From Prochlorococcus marinus subsp. pastoris str. CCMP1986 (GTDB taxonomy: Bacteria > Cyanobacteriota > Cyanobacteriia > PCC-6307 > Cyanobiaceae), in NCBI RefSeq assembly GCF_000011465.1, contig NC_005072.1:720001-752000 (forward strand): a stretch of 32,000 nucleotides of DNA. The letters run 5' to 3'. This document shows, piece after piece, positions 27,739-32,000 of the stretch. Position numbers and translations under genes: made by a program. The notes beneath the pieces are model-generated. The model ran no database searches. It was not told where the DNA came from and saw only the letters and a program-made list of their open reading frames with translations. How positions within the stretch are numbered: position 1 is the stretch's first letter; each line of letters opens with the position of its first letter.

Positions 27739-28812
27739 TCAAATTTCTTGGATTATTTTTTCTCCAATTTCACTACAAGAAAGAACTTGGCAATTACCAT
27801 TATCTAGATCTGAAGTTCTATATCCTTTCGATAAAACATTATCAATTGCTATTTCTATATCATCAGCTGCTTCTATCTCATTTAGACCAATTTTAAGCAT
27901 CATTGAAGTAGACAAAGCCATTGCTATAGGATTAGCTATATTTTTTCCAGCTATATCAGGAGCGGAACCATGAACAGGTTCAAAGACTCCAGGTCCTGAA
28001 TTGCTTAATGATGCTGATGGAAGCATTCCAATCGAGCCAGTTATCATTGCGGCTAGGTCACTTAAAATATCTCCAAATAAATTACTAGTTAAAATTACAT
28101 CAAATTGGCCCGGATCCTTAACGAGTTGCATGGCGGCATTATCAACATACATATTACTTAAAGCTAAATCGTTTTCTTTTGACGCGACTAGTGAAACTGT
28201 ATCTCTCCATAATTGGCTTACTTCTAAAACGTTTGATTTATCTACCGAACATATTTTTTTACTTCTTTGATTTGCTATCTTGATTGCAACTTCTGTAATT
28301 CTTTCTATTTCGTTTGAATCATAAACCATTGTATTGAAAGCTTTTTTAATTTTAGTTTGCGTGATCTCTCCTCTAGGCTGTCCAAAATAGATTCCACCTA
28401 TTAGCTCTCTTACTACAATTAAATCTACATTTTCAATAACTTCTTTTTTAAAAGAACTTGAATCCAGTAAGGATTTTCTTATCTTTACGGGTCTAATATT
28501 AGCGAATAAATTTAATGCTTCTCTTAATTTAAGTAAACCACTTTCTGGTCTTAATTCTCTTGGTAAAGTATCGTATTTCACATCACCTACACAAGCCAAA
28601 AGTACAGCATCACTAGCTTTACATTGATCTAATGTCTCTTTTGGCGCTGGATCATTATGTTTCTCATAAGCTATACCACCAAAATATTCTTCCTTAATAT
28701 CAAGATTAAAACCATACTTCTTAGACAGTTTTTTTAATATGGTTATTGAAATTTCTGATATTTCTGGGCCTATACCATCTCCAGAAAGTAGAACAACTTT
28801 ATATCTTTTCAT
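27739..28812 (-). CDS. leuB: 3-isopropylmalate dehydrogenase
   Basis: 357 aa. It has LLSGDGIGPEI, VRELIGGIYFG, NLFGDILSD and HGSAPDIAGKNIANP. Confidence 0.96.
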   Translation of the reverse strand: MKRYKVVLLSGDGIGPEISEISITILKKLSKKYGFNLDIKEEYFGGIAYEKHNDPAPKETLDQCKASDAVLLACVGDVKYDTLPRELRPESGLLKLREALNLFANIRPVKIRKSLLDSSSFKKEVIENVDLIVVRELIGGIYFGQPRGEITQTKIKKAFNTMVYDSNEIERITEVAIKIANQRSKKICSVDKSNVLEVSQLWRDTVSLVASKENDLALSNMYVDNAAMQLVKDPGQFDVILTSNLFGDILSDLAAMITGSIGMLPSASLSNSGPGVFEPVHGSAPDIAGKNIANPIAMALSTSMMLKIGLNEIEAADDIEIAIDNVLSKGYRTSDLDNGNCQVLSCSEIGEKIIQEI

Positions 28813-28840
28813 TTAGTTTTTAATTTATTAAAAGAATAAT

Positions 28841-29875
28841 TTATTTCTTGTCTAGTTGTCTAAGCTTTTTTGCTAATTCAGGTAGTTTTTTAAAAACACT
28901 TGAACTCCTTAACCAAGATTTATTTTTCATAGCTGGGAAGCCACTAACAACTTCTCCATCTTCAATATCACAATGGATCCCACATTTTGAACTAGCTATG
29001 ACATTATTCCCAACTTTCACTCTGTTATTAACTCCTACTTGTCCAGCTAGGATTACGCTATTTCCAATCACAGCTCCTCCTGCTATTCCAACTTGAGCAG
29101 CAAATGCACAATTTTTTCCTATTTTAACTCCATGACCTATTTGAACTAAGTTATCCATCTTAGTTCCTTCATCTATAAATGTATTACCAACAGATGGCCT
29201 ATCAATACAACAGTTTGTCCCAATTTCAACAAAGCTCTTTATTATTACACAACCTTTTTGAGGCATTTTAATCCACTTACCATCTTGGGGAATAAAACCA
29301 AACCCTTCAGAACCTATGACAGTATTTGAATTTATTACACAATTATTTTCAATGCTTGTGTTTTCATAAATTACACAATTCGGATGAATTACATTATTAT
29401 TTCCTAATCTTACGTTTCCTAAAATAGTTGTACCAGGAAAAATTTTGTTATTGTCGCCAATAATTGAATTTTCGCCAATATAAACATTAGGTCCTACATA
29501 ACAATTTTTCCCTACTTTTGCAGAACTTTTGATAACAGCTGAATCGTCAATACCTGGGTTGAAATTAATTTCTTCATATAGAAAATTTAATACTTCCGCA
29601 AATGCTATTCTTGGATTCTCTACAACTATATTTGAAATATTTAGTGATTCTAGTAAACCTAATATTTCATTATTATTAGATGTAATAATTGCTGAAGCAG
29701 ATGTTTTTCCTAAATTATCTTTCAATATATTATTTTCTTCTAAAAAGGATATTTGATTTTTTAATGCAATATCTATAGAAGCAGCATTTTCTATATCTAT
29801 ATTTTCGAATATGTTTGCTTTGATAAATTTTGATTCTCCACTTTTTATGAGATCAACTAATTTACTTAATAACAT
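28841..29875 (-). CDS. lpxD: UDP-3-O-(3-hydroxyacyl)glucosamine N-acyltransferase
   Basis: 344 aa. It has the N-terminal LpxD uridine-binding domain, a long run of hexapeptide repeats (left-handed beta-helix) and a C-terminal helix. The size matches LpxD. Confidence 0.9.
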   Translation of the reverse strand: MLLSKLVDLIKSGESKFIKANIFENIDIENAASIDIALKNQISFLEENNILKDNLGKTSASAIITSNNNEILGLLESLNISNIVVENPRIAFAEVLNFLYEEINFNPGIDDSAVIKSSAKVGKNCYVGPNVYIGENSIIGDNNKIFPGTTILGNVRLGNNNVIHPNCVIYENTSIENNCVINSNTVIGSEGFGFIPQDGKWIKMPQKGCVIIKSFVEIGTNCCIDRPSVGNTFIDEGTKMDNLVQIGHGVKIGKNCAFAAQVGIAGGAVIGNSVILAGQVGVNNRVKVGNNVIASSKCGIHCDIEDGEVVSGFPAMKNKSWLRSSSVFKKLPELAKKLRQLDKK

Positions 29876-29889
29876 TTTTTGATTTTATT

Positions 29890-30972
29890 TTAGGTAAGAG
29901 CAAGAACATCCCTATGAACAACGATCATTGATGAATTAATGTTTTCTTTTTTATTTAAGATTCTTTTTAGAGAATCACTACTCATTGATGTTATACCTTT
30001 TGCAACTTCTTTCTTATTAGTATTTACAATTCTAACAGCCTGATTAACAGTAAAATCTCCTTCTACCTCTTTAACTCCTACAACTAGAAGAGAGGCACCT
30101 TTTTGCTCAATTGCAAGACAAGCACCTTCATCTAATGTTATTTGTCCAACTGTTTTAATAGCATGAGATAACCAACTTTTTTTATTACCTACTGGTTTAT
30201 CAACAGGATGAAATATTGTCCCTATTTTTTTTTCATTGAAAATATTTATTAAATTATTCTCATTTCTGCCATCGGCTAATTGAACTTCTACACCTCCTTT
30301 TGTTGCTATTTCAGCAGCAATTAATTTTGTTGTAATACCACCTGTCCCCCATTCGTTATTATAATTTTGGATGTTTTTATCTTTTATAATTTTCAATTGA
30401 TTACTATTAACTTCTTTTATTGGATGAGCATCTTCATTATTTCTTGGGTCTTTTGAATATAAATTTTCTATATCAGTTAATAAAATCAGCTTATTGGCAT
30501 TTATGGCTAAAGCAACTAAAGCAGAAAGAGTATCATTGTCTCCATATTTAAGCTCTTCATTGGCAATAGAATCATTCTCGTTGACTATAGGTATGACATT
30601 CAGATCAATTAACTTTTGAAATGTTTTTGAAGCATTATTGAAGGATTCTCGTGAATCAAAATCAGTTTTTGTTATTAGTATTTGAGCTATATTATGACCT
30701 AGCTTTTTCATTGTCTTTTCATATAAAGTCATTAAATTAACTTGTCCCACTGCAGCTACAGCTTGAAGTGCACTGAGTTCCTTTGGTCTTGTATTCAAAT
30801 TTAATTTTTTACATCCTAATCCAACCGCACCACTTGTTACGAGAATGACTTTATTGCCTTTAAAAATAAAACTTGTTAGAGATTTACATAAACTTTCTAT
30901 TACTTGTTCTGTAGATTGATCCTCATTTCCTCTGAGAATACTAGTACCAATTTTTACGACCCATTTTTTCAT
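29890..30972 (-). CDS. proB: glutamate 5-kinase (with C-terminal PUA domain)
   Basis: 360 aa. It has [35 protein letters not shown] and a C-terminal PUA-like segment. Confidence 0.94.
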   Translation of the reverse strand: MKKWVVKIGTSILRGNEDQSTEQVIESLCKSLTSFIFKGNKVILVTSGAVGLGCKKLNLNTRPKELSALQAVAAVGQVNLMTLYEKTMKKLGHNIAQILITKTDFDSRESFNNASKTFQKLIDLNVIPIVNENDSIANEELKYGDNDTLSALVALAINANKLILLTDIENLYSKDPRNNEDAHPIKEVNSNQLKIIKDKNIQNYNNEWGTGGITTKLIAAEIATKGGVEVQLADGRNENNLINIFNEKKIGTIFHPVDKPVGNKKSWLSHAIKTVGQITLDEGACLAIEQKGASLLVVGVKEVEGDFTVNQAVRIVNTNKKEVAKGITSMSSDSLKRILNKKENINSSMIVVHRDVLALT

Positions 30973-31463
30973 TTTAAGAAATTAGAAATCATTTTTTCTA
31001 GGATTAATGTTAAATTTATATTTATTGGTAATCCATTTTTGCTTAATCTTTTAACTAATATTGTTTGAATATTACATCTATTTCCCACGATAATATCTGT
31101 AAAAATTCTATCTCCTATTATTGCAATATTTTTTGAGTCTTCATTCATTTCTGAAATTACATCCAAAGTAATTTTTTTTCTTGGTTTCAGAGCGTTTGAT
31201 TTATATCTGATATCTAATTCCTTAGCAATCTTTCTAATTCGTTCATTAGAGGGATTATTACTAATTAAGTACATAGAGAATAATTTTTTAGATTCTTTTA
31301 TCCAATTTTTTACATTTATTGGAACTATATTTGATTGGCGACTTAATAATGTACCATCAACATCTATTAATAAGCTTTTAATTCCTTCTTTTTGTAGTTT
31401 TAAATGAGATATTTCATATATAGGTAATTTAGAGTCCCAATAGATATTTACAAGAGAACTCAT
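30969..31463 (-). CDS. YqeG-family HAD-IIIA phosphatase
   Basis: 164 aa. It has the HAD motif I DVDGTL and motif [12 protein letters not shown]. The size is typical of YqeG-type phosphatases. Its TGA overlaps the proB ATG (ATGA). Confidence 0.8.
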   Translation of the reverse strand: MSSLVNIYWDSKLPIYEISHLKLQKEGIKSLLIDVDGTLLSRQSNIVPINVKNWIKESKKLFSMYLISNNPSNERIRKIAKELDIRYKSNALKPRKKITLDVISEMNEDSKNIAIIGDRIFTDIIVGNRCNIQTILVKRLSKNGLPININLTLILEKMISNFLK

Positions 31464-31467
31464 TATT

Positions 31468-32000
31468 TTAAAAACTACTCTTTTCTAACTCAGATTCTAT
31501 TAAGGGTTGAACTTTATCAAATTCATCATCCTCAATTAATAATGCCCCTTGATTGATAAGTTTTCCCACGATAAAAAAAGGATCTAGAGGAATATATAAT
31601 CCATATTCTTGTTCCAATAAATTAAAACTCACAAGTAATTCATATGTTTCACTTTCCTCCTCTATACCATCTTCTTCTAACTCATCATAAATTGGCTCTT
31701 CGAGTTCACCAGATACAGTTAATGTAACTGCGGATCTTATAAGTTTTAGATCATGTTCTTGTAGAACTGCATCAGCATTCTTTAAGACTTGCTCGTTTTT
31801 CTCAATTTTTTCAATTAATTCTGGCTCATCATTTTCATTAATTTTGAATAAACTGACTGGTGTATCTACGGGTGTTAATAATGCATATTCTTTTTCTTCA
31901 ACCTTTACTATTTGTTCAAGATAACAAAATAGTTCATTTCCATTTGAATCATTTAAAATAAGTGTCTGTGCCTCATAATTATCTTTGGAGTTATGATCGT
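31468..32000 (-). CDS. acidic DUF3727/DUF1292-like cyanobacterial protein, C-terminal 176 codons (gene start beyond right edge)
   Basis: Not in the track. The hand translation of the minus strand is ..DHNSKDNYEAQTLILNDSNGNELFCYLEQIVKVEEKEYALLTPVDTPVSLFKINENDEPELIE...YELLVSFNLLEQEYGLYIPLDPFFIVGKL...ESELEKSSF*, with the TAA at 31470-31468. It has two ..Y.LL.P.D.. modules typical of this family. The family name is from memory and has not been searched. Confidence 0.65.
   Translation of the reverse strand, partial: DHNSKDNYEAQTLILNDSNGNELFCYLEQIVKVEEKEYALLTPVDTPVSLFKINENDEPELIEKIEKNEQVLKNADAVLQEHDLKLIRSAVTLTVSGELEEPIYDELEEDGIEEESETYELLVSFNLLEQEYGLYIPLDPFFIVGKLINQGALLIEDDEFDKVQPLIESELEKSSF

Noticed and set aside
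1920-29756. The remaining short track ORFs antisense to or out of frame with known genes: 1920-2117, 3857-4090, 4428-4628, 4632-4862, 5102-5383, 7676-7885, 10514-10774, 12076-12297, 14015-14218, 16694-16963, 20615-20851, 21080-21274, 21331-21552, 21392-21601, 22012-22224, 23047-23325, 23448-23639, 24876-25118, 26870-27109, 28001-28270, 28848-29096, 29529-29756
   Set aside because: Each one is embedded in a longer ORF with unambiguous family motifs. None shows a recognisable domain, and several start at non-ATG codons chosen by longest-ORF logic.
1-32000. Search by eye for tRNA/rRNA genes, CRISPR repeats, IS elements, integrases, phage or defence genes, or a compositional island
   Set aside because: No cloverleaf-like GC-rich 70-90-nt segments occur in any spacer, and there are no regularly spaced direct repeats. 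Every sizeable ORF is a housekeeping or conserved-hypothetical cyanobacterial gene. The composition is uniformly AT-rich, with local GC rises only inside conserved enzymes.

Overview
This window reads as a densely packed, syntenic core-genome segment of a very AT-rich marine picocyanobacterium. I infer a high-light-adapted Prochlorococcus from three things: roughly 30% GC by eye, lineage-typical genes (chlP, ccsA, prk, class II FBP/SBPase glpX, a TL15-like lumenal pentapeptide protein, a DUF3727-like protein), and the gene order. I support 34 protein-coding genes. Two are missing from the supplied ORF track: a partial sir at the left edge and a partial DUF3727-like gene at the right edge. A third is a 55-codon zinc-finger ORF below the track's size cut-off. 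The content is mostly housekeeping, with a notable concentration of central carbon metabolism. It includes Calvin cycle genes (rpe, glpX, cbbA, prk), oxidative pentose phosphate genes (gnd, pgl) and glycogen synthesis (glgC). It also includes glyS, typA, hemA, chlP, ilvD, leuB, proB, purS/purQ, accD, lpxD, lptB and ccsA. By eye I found no rRNA, tRNA, CRISPR array, transposase, integrase, phage gene, toxin-antitoxin pair or compositional island, so I do not claim a new defence or mobile system. The least explained content is: (i) a pentapeptide-protein / COG0523 GTPase / CxxCxGxG miniprotein trio at 20.1-21.9 kb; (ii) the overlapping chain gnd-pgl-CIA30-orf128; (iii) a secreted protein and a Gfo/Idh/MocA oxidoreductase stop/start-coupled behind accD; and (iv) several intergenic hairpins, including a bidirectional purQ/cbbA terminator with a third copy of one arm inside purQ. 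All family assignments come from motif recognition in the translations. No searches were run.
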